Source of the DNA: Candidatus Micrarchaeota archaeon
GTDB taxonomy: Archaea > Micrarchaeota > Micrarchaeia > Micrarchaeales > CABMGC01
NCBI GenBank assembly: GCA_021817125.1
Contig: JAKAWC010000001.1
Span: 12,327-76,326, forward strand
Reading direction: 5' to 3'
Length of the DNA: 64,000 bases
Part shown: piece after piece, positions 7,943 through 16,378 of the stretch
How the letters are laid out: every line of letters begins with the position of its first letter
How positions within the stretch are numbered: the stretch's first letter is position 1
Position numbers and translations under genes: made by a program
Notes under the pieces: model-generated
What the model was told of the DNA's origin: nothing
The model's input: the letters and a program-made list of their open reading frames with translations, nothing else
Database searches by the model: none

Positions 7943-8579
7943 CTTCGGGTCTTGTGTTCGGGCATGGGTCGCCATTGAGCATCTTGCAGTAGTATTTCTT
8001 GTCGACTTTTATCCCTAGGTTGAAGAGCATCTCGAGGAGTTTGCAGAGCGGCAGGCCGGCGATCCCGTTCTCACAGCCGGATATGTCCTTCGTGAGCGCC
8101 CGCCCGTCTGACAGTACGTTGTAGCCTCCAGCGGCATCCAATCCGTCTCCTGATGCCGCGTAGTCTGCAATCTCCCTGTCGGAGTAGTCGCGCATCTCTA
8201 TGTGCGCAACGTTAGCATCGGTCATTATCATCCCGGTGGACGTGTCCATCACGGTTATGCCCGTGATTATTGTGTGCTTCTTGCCGCGGAGCTCGGAGAG
8301 CATCCTTGCGTTGTCTGCGGCATCCTTTGGCTTGCCGTAGAGTTTTCCACCCAGCTCCACCATGGTATCGGCGGCAACGATGACCCCCTGATTCGTCCTG
8401 GCGACAGCCTCTGCTTTCCTTGTTGCGATCGTTCGTACCGCATCTACTGGCTTCTCCCCTTCGGGAAGCGTCTCATCCGCGTTGCTGGGGATGACCTCCA
8501 CCTTGAAAAGGAGCTGAGAGACTATCTTGAGCCTTCTCGGCGACGCCGAAGCCAGTATTATGGTCCTTCGTCTGGGCAT
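7932..8579 (-). CDS. maf: Maf-family nucleoside triphosphate pyrophosphatase
   Basis: IILASASPRRLKIV N-terminus and overall Maf pattern. 215 aa. Confidence 0.85.
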   Translation of the reverse strand: MPRRRTIILASASPRRLKIVSQLLFKVEVIPSNADETLPEGEKPVDAVRTIATRKAEAVARTNQGVIVAADTMVELGGKLYGKPKDAADNARMLSELRGKKHTIITGITVMDTSTGMIMTDANVAHIEMRDYSDREIADYAASGDGLDAAGGYNVLSDGRALTKDISGCENGIAGLPLCKLLEMLFNLGIKVDKKYYCKMLNGDPCPNTRPEATS

Positions 8580-8607
8580 TCGTTCACGAATAAACTTTGA
8601 TGGGAAA

Positions 8608-8617
8608 GTATATAATT
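8608..8617. promoter_or_regulatory. Central A/T box GTATATAATT in 69-bp divergent spacer (maf / epimerase)
   Basis: About 30 nt from ATG 8579 (minus) and 32-40 nt from ATG 8649 (plus). Confidence 0.4.
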
Positions 8618-8648
8618 ATTGGATTGGTACAATCCGTGAGGGCTTTTT

Positions 8649-9566
8649 ATGGAATATGTCGTTACTGGCGGTGCAGGCTACATCGGGGGACACATGGTCG
8701 ATGAACTCATCGGACGCGGGAACGTCACTGCGATAGATGACATGTCGCACGGGGATTACAAGAACCTGAAGGCGAGGTTCCTCAAGCTGGACCTGAGAAG
8801 GAGTGCGGCGCTGCCGATACCGAAAGGTGCATCGATATTCCACTTTGCGGCAAACGCGGATGTCAGGACGTCGGATACCGACCTGATGGACCATTATGGC
8901 AGAGATGTAACAGCGACCCTGAACGTGATGGAGGCGGCGCGCAGGAACGACGCAAAGTTTGTCGGTTTCTCTTCATCTTCAGTGGTTTATGGGGAGCCGA
9001 AGAAGATCCCCACTCCCGAAGATTCGCCTTATGCACCGATATCCAACTACGGCCTCTTCAAAGTTATGGGAGAGGAGATCGTCGAATACTATGCCAGGAC
9101 CTATGGAATCCGGGCTGTCAGCTTCAGGTTCGCGAATATAACCGGAGGGCGGGCCACGCACGGGATAATATACGACTTTGTAGAGAAGCTGAGACGGGAC
9201 CCTTCAAGACTCGAGGTCCTCGGAGATGGAAAGCAGAAGAAGAGCTATGTCTATATAGACGACCTGATGGACGCGATGCTTCATCTCGCCAAGACGTCGA
9301 AAAAGGATTACGACGCATTCAACATAGGCAACGACGGGTGGACCCAGGTCAGCAACATAACCAGATTCGTCTGCGAAGGAATGGGACTGAAGCCCAGGGT
9401 GTTCCATTTGGACAGGTATGGGGGGAGGGGATGGCCAGGGGATGTCAAGCTCATGAGGCTGGACATAACCAAGCTGAAGAAGACAGGCTGGGCGCCGAGG
9501 GTCTCGTCCGATGCGGCGGTGAGGCGGGCGGTTTCCGATTTCCTAGGACATAAGGGGGTGCGATAG
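8649..9566 (+). CDS. NAD-dependent epimerase/dehydratase (UDP-sugar 4-epimerase-like)
   Basis: VVTGGAGYIGGH Rossmann motif. 305 aa SDR-extended pattern. Confidence 0.8.
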   Translation: MEYVVTGGAGYIGGHMVDELIGRGNVTAIDDMSHGDYKNLKARFLKLDLRRSAALPIPKGASIFHFAANADVRTSDTDLMDHYGRDVTATLNVMEAARRNDAKFVGFSSSSVVYGEPKKIPTPEDSPYAPISNYGLFKVMGEEIVEYYARTYGIRAVSFRFANITGGRATHGIIYDFVEKLRRDPSRLEVLGDGKQKKSYVYIDDLMDAMLHLAKTSKKDYDAFNIGNDGWTQVSNITRFVCEGMGLKPRVFHLDRYGGRGWPGDVKLMRLDITKLKKTGWAPRVSSDAAVRRAVSDFLGHKGVR

Positions 9567-10093
9567 TGCTTGTCGCAATAGGTACCAAGAATCCGGTGAA
9601 GATACGCGCCGTGAAGAAGGCTTTCCGGAAAGCGTTCGGCGGCGGGTCTTTCTCAAGCGTGGAATCGCCATCGGGAGTCAGCCACACCCCTGCGAGCCTG
9701 GCCGAGACGCGGGTGGGGGCAGAGACCCGGGCGCGGCACGCGTTGGAGAAGACGAAGGGTGCAGACTTCGGCGTCGGGGTCGAGGGAGGGGTCCAGAAGA
9801 CCGGCGACGGGCTTATGCTGTGCGGCTATGTGGTAATAATAGGGAAGGACGGCAAAGTCGGGATTGGAGGAGGCACTGAGCTGGTCCTGCCAGGCGCTTA
9901 TGCAAAGAGAATATATCGGGGGGAGGAGCTGGGACAGATAAACGATGACGTTTCCGGCGAGAAGGGCACGAAACATGGAGGGGGGGCGGTGGGCTTCCTT
10001 ACAAAAGGGGTGGCGACACGGGAGGAGTACTTCAGGCTTGCCACAGCGTTTGCGCTTGCCCCTTTCATATCGGAGGAGGTCTATTCGGCGTGA
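9566..10093 (+). CDS. Inosine/xanthosine triphosphatase (YjjX / NTPase_I-T family)
   Basis: N-terminus VAIGTKNPVKIRAVKKAF resembles YjjX (TTNPAKI...). GTG start overlaps the upstream TAG by 1 nt. Confidence 0.65.
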   Translation: MLVAIGTKNPVKIRAVKKAFRKAFGGGSFSSVESPSGVSHTPASLAETRVGAETRARHALEKTKGADFGVGVEGGVQKTGDGLMLCGYVVIIGKDGKVGIGGGTELVLPGAYAKRIYRGEELGQINDDVSGEKGTKHGGGAVGFLTKGVATREEYFRLATAFALAPFISEEVYSA

Positions 10094-10097
10094 TAGC

Positions 10098-11462
10098 TTG
10101 AAACGGGAGGAACTGCTCTTTGTCTTGGCGATACTCGCAATGTCGCTCGCATTCGTGGCGATACTTTACTTCACCGCGGGTCCGGCTTGGGACATGATAG
10201 TGCAGTACCTGAACGCCAAGGCGATGGTGAACCCTGCACTCTACAGCACTACCTGGAGCATAAACACCGCACAGGTGGGGGGCTTGCTCTACTTTGAGAA
10301 CTTCAGGGAGCCGGTGGAGAGCGCACTGATGATTCCTCTCCTTCCACTCGGCGGCGCGACCATACCCGCATACCTTCTTGTGGAGTTCGCCCTCTTGGCG
10401 GCGGGGACGTGGAGATTTAGCAAGAGTTTTCGGATAAACACGGTCATCGCGTTCGCGGTGATGTTCAATCCGTACACGCTCTATTACCTGTTCACTTTCA
10501 ACGGCACGGACGGGCTGTCGCTCGCATTCGTGCTGCTCGGCATCGCCTCGATCGCGGACGGAAGCCCGCTCGCGGGGTTATTCCTGAGCCTGGGGGCTCT
10601 GTCGAAGTATCCGGTGCTGCTCACCCTACCTCTCGTGCTGTTGCTTGGAGACAGGGCAAAGATGACAAAGGCGGCGGAGCTATGCCTCTTGCCAATGCTG
10701 CCTTGGTTCCTATTCAACCTGGCGTTATTCGGCAACCCGTTGGGCAGTTACATCTCCGAGCTACAGATTGCCGTGTCAAATGCGCCAACCGTGCCGCTCC
10801 TTCCCGGAACGCTGCTTGCGATATTCGAGATACCACTAGCATTCCTTCTACTCGGGGCTGCGATATACGCTTTCGCGAAGCGGGGAAGGTTTAAAGGTAT
10901 AAGGGTGCGGAAGGACGTCCGGGCATACATCCTCTTTTACATGCTCCTGACGTCAGCGCTGGAGTTCGTCTTTGTGGAGTTCCACGACAGCCAGTTCACC
11001 GAGGCAAGGTTCGCATACCTACTCGTCTTCTCCCTGCTCCTCTCTGCGGCTTACATACTCGGGACCCAGGCGAGCAGACTGAAGAGGCTCAGAATTGTGC
11101 ACGCGACATTTGCGCTCTCCATCCTGCTCCTTCTCGCAGCGACGTACAACTATGCAGTGAACACGAGCTGGGTGCAGGAGTACAGCGTTCTGAATCCGAA
11201 TGCAGCGTACGTGCACGCTGCTGACGAGCTCGCTGCGCTCGGGTACGGCAACTGCAGCATCATAACCAACGGATGGCCGATGATGCTTTATTATGGATAT
11301 CCCGCGTACACCCCATACGACGCTCCGGGGGAGTATCCTGTGCTGTTCTTCAACCAGGTCGGGATAGGCGCAGGGAACATGACCCAGCTCGCAGATGCGA
11401 CACAGGTCTACAATTCGACGGAGTTCGGGATATACATGCCCAGCAACATGACGTGCCACTGA
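10098..11462 (+). CDS. Polytopic membrane protein, possible GT-C-type glycosyltransferase
   Basis: 10 or more hydrophobic helices. A LSKYP-type loop is reminiscent of PMT/ArnT-like enzymes. Start is taken at TTG 10098 just after the YjjX stop; ATG 10137 is an alternative. The upstream part of ORF 9945.. overlaps the YjjX gene and was discarded. Confidence 0.5.
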   Translation: MKREELLFVLAILAMSLAFVAILYFTAGPAWDMIVQYLNAKAMVNPALYSTTWSINTAQVGGLLYFENFREPVESALMIPLLPLGGATIPAYLLVEFALLAAGTWRFSKSFRINTVIAFAVMFNPYTLYYLFTFNGTDGLSLAFVLLGIASIADGSPLAGLFLSLGALSKYPVLLTLPLVLLLGDRAKMTKAAELCLLPMLPWFLFNLALFGNPLGSYISELQIAVSNAPTVPLLPGTLLAIFEIPLAFLLLGAAIYAFAKRGRFKGIRVRKDVRAYILFYMLLTSALEFVFVEFHDSQFTEARFAYLLVFSLLLSAAYILGTQASRLKRLRIVHATFALSILLLLAATYNYAVNTSWVQEYSVLNPNAAYVHAADELAALGYGNCSIITNGWPMMLYYGYPAYTPYDAPGEYPVLFFNQVGIGAGNMTQLADATQVYNSTEFGIYMPSNMTCH

Positions 11463-11533
11463 GAGGCATATATGCCGAAACTTTACGAACGCTTTTTATT
11501 ATTTGGTCTCAATAGTATGGTGGAGAATGGACC

Positions 11534-13612
11534 ATGGTGGGCAAGAACCGCCTAGCAAAAGAGAAGAGCATATATCTTCTCGAACACGCTGGCGATCCGG
11601 TGGACTGGTACCCCTGGGGAGAGGAGGCTTTCGACCGTGCGAAGACGGAGGACAAGCCTATACTTCTTTCGATAGGATATGCGACGTGCCACTGGTGCCA
11701 CGTGATGCAGAAGGAATCGTTTCGGGATGAGGGCATCGCGGGTCTGCTGAACGACGCTTTTGTTTGCATAAAAGTCGACCGTGAGGAGAGGCCGGACATA
11801 GACCGCACCTACATGCGCGTGTCACAGATAGTCACGGGAAATGGGGGATGGCCCCTTACCATAATCATGACACCTGACAAGAAGCCGTTCTTCACAGCCA
11901 CGTACGTGCCTAAGGACAGCAGGTACGGGATGCTAGGCATGAAGGCGCTGGCAGACAAGGTCAAGCACGCATGGAAGGAGAATAGGCAGGGTCTTGAACG
12001 CGATGCGGACAGGATTGTGGCCGGGCTTTCCCCTGAAGCCGTGGAGAAACCGCACCGGGGCGGCGTAGATTACTCGGTCATGGACACGGCGTTCGGGCAA
12101 CTGGCAGGGATGTTTGACTACACCCACGGTGGCTTTGCAACGGCGCCGAAGTTCCACCTGCCAAGCTACCTGCTCTTCCTCATGCGCTACTGGTCCACGA
12201 ACAAGAACTCCGAAGCCCAGCAGATGGCGGAGAAGACCCTGCGCACAATAAGGGCAGGAGGGGTCTATGACCAGATAGGGTATGGGGTGCACAGGTACTC
12301 GACTGATATGAGATGGTTCGCCCCCCACTTTGAGAAGATGCTTTATGACCAGGTGCTGCTTGCGCCTGTCTACGCTGAGATGTACCAGATCACCAAGAAA
12401 CGGGAGTACCTGAACGTGGCGGAGGAACTGCTCACATTCGTGATACGCGACCTCAGGTCGAAGGAGGGAGGCTTCTACACGGGCATCGACGCCGACAGCG
12501 AGGAGGAAGAGGGCAAGTTCTATCTCTGGAGGGAGGATGAGATAAGGAACGTGCTTCACGATGCAGAGGCTGCGATTGCAATCGAGGCGTTCGGCGTGGA
12601 GAGGAACGGCAACTACAACGCCGGACCGGCTGAGCGCGAGGGTACAAACATCCCGTACTTGGCAGAGTCCATCGCAGACATATCTGAGAGGTTCCAGATA
12701 AACCAGGAGGAAGTCAGGAGGAACCTGGACTCGGTAAGAAAGAAGCTCTTCCTGGCCCGCGAACGAAGGACACACCCCAGGGTTGACGACAAGATACTCA
12801 CAGACATGAATGGGCTTGCAATAAGCGGCATGGCAAGGGTCGCGAAACTCGCTGAGAAGGTGAGCTACGCGCAGGCGGCCGAGGACGCGGCGGCGTTCAT
12901 ACTGAAGAACCTGTGGAAAGACGGCAAGCTGTACCACCGCTGGAAGGACGGGGAGGCGAGTATCCCCGCATTCATAGACGATTACGCTTTCCTCATCGGA
13001 GGCATACTCGACACCTACGGCATCACGTTCGATGTGTCATATATAAAGACAGCGATACAGCTTACGGACGAGATGATTGCGAACTTCTGGGACAAGAAGG
13101 GAGGCGGCTTCTACTTCACGGCAGCGAAGTCGGAGGTCGTGTTGGTCAGGGACAAGGAGCTGTACGACGGACCGGTCCCCTCCGGAAACGCAGTGGCGGT
13201 GTATAACCTGATACGGCTCGCCCGCATGACAGGCATGTCGAAGTACGAGACGTACGCAAACAAGGCGATTGCGGCGTTTATGCCTGCGCTCATTAGGCAG
13301 CCTACGGCACACACGAGCTTGCTGGTCTCACTCGCTTTCCTACTAGGGCCTTCGTACGAGATAGTGGTGGCCGGAGATCGCAGCGCCGATGATACCAAAG
13401 AGGTATTCAGGGCCATAAGGAAGGAGTTCATCCCGAACAAGGTCGTCCTGCTGAAGACCGACGAGCTTGGAGATGTCGCCGCATACACGAAACGGATGGA
13501 GTGCGCTGACGGGAAGGCGACAGCATACATATGCAGCAACTACACCTGCGATGAACCGGTGACGCGCGTGGAGAGGATGCTGGAGAGGCTTGGCGTGGCG
13601 TACCTCCAGTAG
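11534..13612 (+). CDS. Thioredoxin-domain protein of the DUF255/YyaL (SPATA20-like) family
   Basis: [14 protein letters not shown]...[15 protein letters not shown] hallmark plus a long alpha/alpha-toroid-like C-terminal part. 692 aa. Confidence 0.85.
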   Translation: MVGKNRLAKEKSIYLLEHAGDPVDWYPWGEEAFDRAKTEDKPILLSIGYATCHWCHVMQKESFRDEGIAGLLNDAFVCIKVDREERPDIDRTYMRVSQIVTGNGGWPLTIIMTPDKKPFFTATYVPKDSRYGMLGMKALADKVKHAWKENRQGLERDADRIVAGLSPEAVEKPHRGGVDYSVMDTAFGQLAGMFDYTHGGFATAPKFHLPSYLLFLMRYWSTNKNSEAQQMAEKTLRTIRAGGVYDQIGYGVHRYSTDMRWFAPHFEKMLYDQVLLAPVYAEMYQITKKREYLNVAEELLTFVIRDLRSKEGGFYTGIDADSEEEEGKFYLWREDEIRNVLHDAEAAIAIEAFGVERNGNYNAGPAEREGTNIPYLAESIADISERFQINQEEVRRNLDSVRKKLFLARERRTHPRVDDKILTDMNGLAISGMARVAKLAEKVSYAQAAEDAAAFILKNLWKDGKLYHRWKDGEASIPAFIDDYAFLIGGILDTYGITFDVSYIKTAIQLTDEMIANFWDKKGGGFYFTAAKSEVVLVRDKELYDGPVPSGNAVAVYNLIRLARMTGMSKYETYANKAIAAFMPALIRQPTAHTSLLVSLAFLLGPSYEIVVAGDRSADDTKEVFRAIRKEFIPNKVVLLKTDELGDVAAYTKRMECADGKATAYICSNYTCDEPVTRVERMLERLGVAYLQ

Positions 13613-13614
13613 GT

Positions 13615-14067
13615 TTATGTGGCGGTCCCGACAAACGTCCCTACCGATGTGCGGAACTGGTTGATGGATGCGTCAGCTACAGTATAGTTTATCACTATGA
13701 AGAGCTTGTATTGGTATCCTCTTGACATGCGTGCCCCTGCAGTTGGCGTGCAGTTGACAAATAGTGTCGTGTTGCCGTACAGGTTCACTGACACTTGGTT
13801 CCTGAGCTGGGTAGTGGTCACCGCTGAGGGGCTGGAGCCGCATCCTATTGAGGATATATTCACGTTGGAGTTTATGCCATTCCCGAGGTTAAGCGTAATG
13901 ACTTGTGTGCTCGCAGTGAGAGTGGCTGCGAGGCAGTTGAAGTCCATGTTGAAGGAGCATCCGGGCAAAGCCCCGAGAGAGTAACCGTGGAGGCTTGCGT
14001 ATCCGGCTGCGCCGAATATCATCGCCCCGAGGAGAGCCACGAGGAATGCCAGGTAGAATACTTCCAT
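13615..14067 (-). CDS. Small N-terminally anchored hypothetical protein
   Basis: 150 aa. A hydrophobic N-terminus, then an N/T/S-rich body. AAGGAG precedes ATG 14067, which overlaps the rdgB stop by 1 nt (TAATG). Confidence 0.5.
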   Translation of the reverse strand: MEVFYLAFLVALLGAMIFGAAGYASLHGYSLGALPGCSFNMDFNCLAATLTASTQVITLNLGNGINSNVNISSIGCGSSPSAVTTTQLRNQVSVNLYGNTTLFVNCTPTAGARMSRGYQYKLFIVINYTVADASINQFRTSVGTFVGTAT

Positions 14068-14615
14068 TACATCTCCTTTCTCTCAAGATATTGTGCGAGC
14101 TGGGCCAGCGCGTCCTTCCTTGCGGAGATGGTATTCTTGTGTCCATTCTCCATCTCAGCATAAGTTTGTTCGTGCCCGTCGGGTATGAATATCTGGTCCC
14201 AGTCGAACTCCTTCTTGCCGCGGGGTTTGTCAGCGATGCTACCGGACGCCTTCCCCACAAAGACCTTCAGCTCCTTCCCATCGTAAAAGCAGTAGCTGTT
14301 TATCGCGTAGGCGCTCCTGTCTGGAAAGCTCGACAGCATCTTGCATATCCCGCCTATGTCTGCGGTGTGCGTGAGCCAGCGGACCAGCGGGCCAGGGAAT
14401 CCGTTGAACGCATTTATGTACAGTCCGGTGTCCTCCACTATGACCGGGCCGCCTACCTGCGCGAACGCTTTCTTCGCCTTGTCGGTTATTATCACGTTTA
14501 TGTCCAGCGATTGGATCTCTGGAATGTCGACGCTGACGTGCTCTATTCTGTCCCCTAGAATCTGCCTGGTCTCCTTCAGCTTGTTCAGGTTGCTGGTAAC
14601 GAAGTATATCTTCAT
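14067..14615 (-). CDS. rdgB: Non-canonical purine NTP pyrophosphatase (RdgB/HAM1 family)
   Basis: MKIYFVTSNLNKLKE start and an FDWDQIFIP-type C-terminal motif. Start taken at internal ATG 14615. Confidence 0.85.
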   Translation of the reverse strand: MKIYFVTSNLNKLKETRQILGDRIEHVSVDIPEIQSLDINVIITDKAKKAFAQVGGPVIVEDTGLYINAFNGFPGPLVRWLTHTADIGGICKMLSSFPDRSAYAINSYCFYDGKELKVFVGKASGSIADKPRGKKEFDWDQIFIPDGHEQTYAEMENGHKNTISARKDALAQLAQYLERKEM

Positions 14616-14686
14616 CCGACCGACCGATGGAGGCACGCTTGCGCTCTACAAAGTCCATTGTAGCTCAACCTTATTAGGTCTTCAGC

Positions 14687-15037
14687 TCAGGACGAATACT
14701 GCTTCGCATACCTGCCTATCGTTGGTATCTCAATGTCGTTGCCCATCGATGCCTGCCAGCCGACGTACATACCGTATAGCCATCCTAAGAACAGGACGAG
14801 GGAGCTGAGCAATCCCAAGAACGGTATTATGAGGAGTATCCAGTAGACTACCGTTACGGCTATGCCAAGGAGGATCGCCTGGACGGCGTGGAACTTGAGC
14901 CTCTTGTCCTTCTGGCCTTCGGTGAAGTATACAAACAGCCCCGTAAGCCACGTCAAGAGGTACGCTAAGATAAACATGATGCTGTTGTTCGACGAATCGC
15001 CGCCTGCCGCGGGTTTCTTTGTCTGCTTTGTTGGCAT
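14687..15037 (-). CDS. Small 3-TM membrane protein (DUF4870-like, tentative)
   Basis: 116 aa. Three hydrophobic helices and an FHAVQAILLG motif. Confidence 0.45.
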   Translation of the reverse strand: MPTKQTKKPAAGGDSSNNSIMFILAYLLTWLTGLFVYFTEGQKDKRLKFHAVQAILLGIAVTVVYWILLIIPFLGLLSSLVLFLGWLYGMYVGWQASMGNDIEIPTIGRYAKQYSS

Positions 15038-15088
15038 TGTAACACCAGTATGTTAATTATGGTTAATACTTTAAACCTTGCGCAACGG

Positions 15089-15742
15089 TCAGCCCAGTTG
15101 GGTGGTGACTATCAGGTTGCCGGTGAGCCCGGTGTTCCTCTGGCCGTCTATGTCAGAGTAGTAAGGGTACGTTCCAGTGGCATTGACGGTAAAGCTGATA
15201 GTCTGGTTCTGACCAGGCTTCAGCTGCGTTGTGCCGACATATTGGACAGGGAAGCCGGTGAACTCGACATCGTGCAGTATCGTCCCGTTGTTTATTATGT
15301 CAAGCGTCAGTGTCGTTTGCGGCCTGACCGTCATCTTTGGCGGCGTTATCCGATAGTCGTTCACGTACATTATCAGATACACGCTGGTGGGTGTGATTGT
15401 AGTCGTCGGCGCGGTCGTCTGCTGTGTGGTCGTAGAAGCGAATGTGGTGAGCGCAGCGACGGATGTCGTAAGTGGCACGCTCGTGACCACGACTGTCGAG
15501 GTGGTCGGCGCGGGGGCGCTTCCGTGAGCGAGTATCAGGTAGCCTGCTGCAATGACGATGAGGATCGCTATCACTCCCTTGCCCACTCCTCCAGCAGCTG
15601 CGTGCGTGCCGGCAGCGCTGTGCGGCGCATTGCCTGACGGCTTCGCTTGCTGCTCAGCCACGTCCTGGCCGAGCTCTGCTGCCGCTTCTGCCGGGGCGAT
15701 AATCCTACCCGCGTTGCCCTTCTTCTCTTTCATGTCTGGCAT
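15089..15742 (-). CDS. Membrane-anchored cupredoxin-like protein lacking Cys/Met copper ligands
   Basis: The C-terminal domain has ILHDVEF and GTYPYYSDIDGQRNTGLTGNLIV where blue-copper proteins have Y-x-C...H...M. The N-terminus has a TM helix and a T-rich linker. Start ATG 15742 (or 15733). Confidence 0.6.
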   Translation of the reverse strand: MPDMKEKKGNAGRIIAPAEAAAELGQDVAEQQAKPSGNAPHSAAGTHAAAGGVGKGVIAILIVIAAGYLILAHGSAPAPTTSTVVVTSVPLTTSVAALTTFASTTTQQTTAPTTTITPTSVYLIMYVNDYRITPPKMTVRPQTTLTLDIINNGTILHDVEFTGFPVQYVGTTQLKPGQNQTISFTVNATGTYPYYSDIDGQRNTGLTGNLIVTTQLG

Positions 15743-15761
15743 GATAAGTGCTTGAAAGCGC

Positions 15762-15772
15762 AAATATAAATA
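15762..15772. promoter_or_regulatory. Shared central A/T box AAATATAAATA in 51-bp divergent spacer
   Basis: Centre is 25 nt from ATG 15742 (minus) and 27 nt from ATG 15794 (plus). Confidence 0.45.
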
Positions 15773-15793
15773 CTCTATACCAGACAACACTTT

Positions 15794-16339
15794 ATGGCAC
15801 CTAGCGCAGAGGAGGGGAAGACATTATTCGACCGAGACAACATCAGGGTCGCGGAAGTCGAGAGGGAGTATCCCGACGGTTCCGTCAAGAAGAAGGCGAT
15901 GATAGCGCTCACCGATGTCAGCGTCGTAGTGCCGATAACGAACGATGGAAAGATACTCGTGGAAAGGCACTATAGATACTCTGCAGACACATGGACGACA
16001 GAGGTGCCTGCTGGGAAGGTGGACGATGGCGAGAGCCCAGACCAATGCGCTGCCAGGGAGCTTGAGGAGGAGACGGGGTACAAGGCCAGGGAGATGAAGC
16101 GCATCGCGTCTTTCTATGTGATGCCGCACAGATCTAACTACAAGATACATGTCTACCTGGCCACGGGCCTGTCCAAGACTAGACAGCGCCTGGAGAAGGA
16201 CGAGTTCATCGAAGTGAGGGAGGAGACCCTGGACAACCTGATGCTGATGCTCAAGAACGGCGAGTTGGTGGACCAGAAGACCGCCACGGCATTGCTCTAC
16301 TACTCCGCATTCGCCAAAGGAGACATGCCGAAGTGCTGA
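15794..16339 (+). CDS. Nudix hydrolase (ADP-ribose pyrophosphatase-like)
   Basis: Nudix box GKVDDGESPDQCAARELEEETGY. Confidence 0.85.
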   Translation: MAPSAEEGKTLFDRDNIRVAEVEREYPDGSVKKKAMIALTDVSVVVPITNDGKILVERHYRYSADTWTTEVPAGKVDDGESPDQCAARELEEETGYKAREMKRIASFYVMPHRSNYKIHVYLATGLSKTRQRLEKDEFIEVREETLDNLMLMLKNGELVDQKTATALLYYSAFAKGDMPKC

Positions 16340-16378
16340 ACTCTTTTTATACTTTTCAATCTAGGTAGTAGCGTTCGC

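Noticed and set aside
9945-10097. N-terminal 51 codons of ORF 9945..11462
   Set aside because: This part overlaps the 3' end of the YjjX-type gene in another frame and is Arg-rich. The membrane protein more plausibly starts at TTG 10098 or ATG 10137.
11933-12937. 334-aa minus-strand ORF
   Set aside because: It is antisense to the DUF255/thioredoxin-domain gene and has shadow-frame composition.
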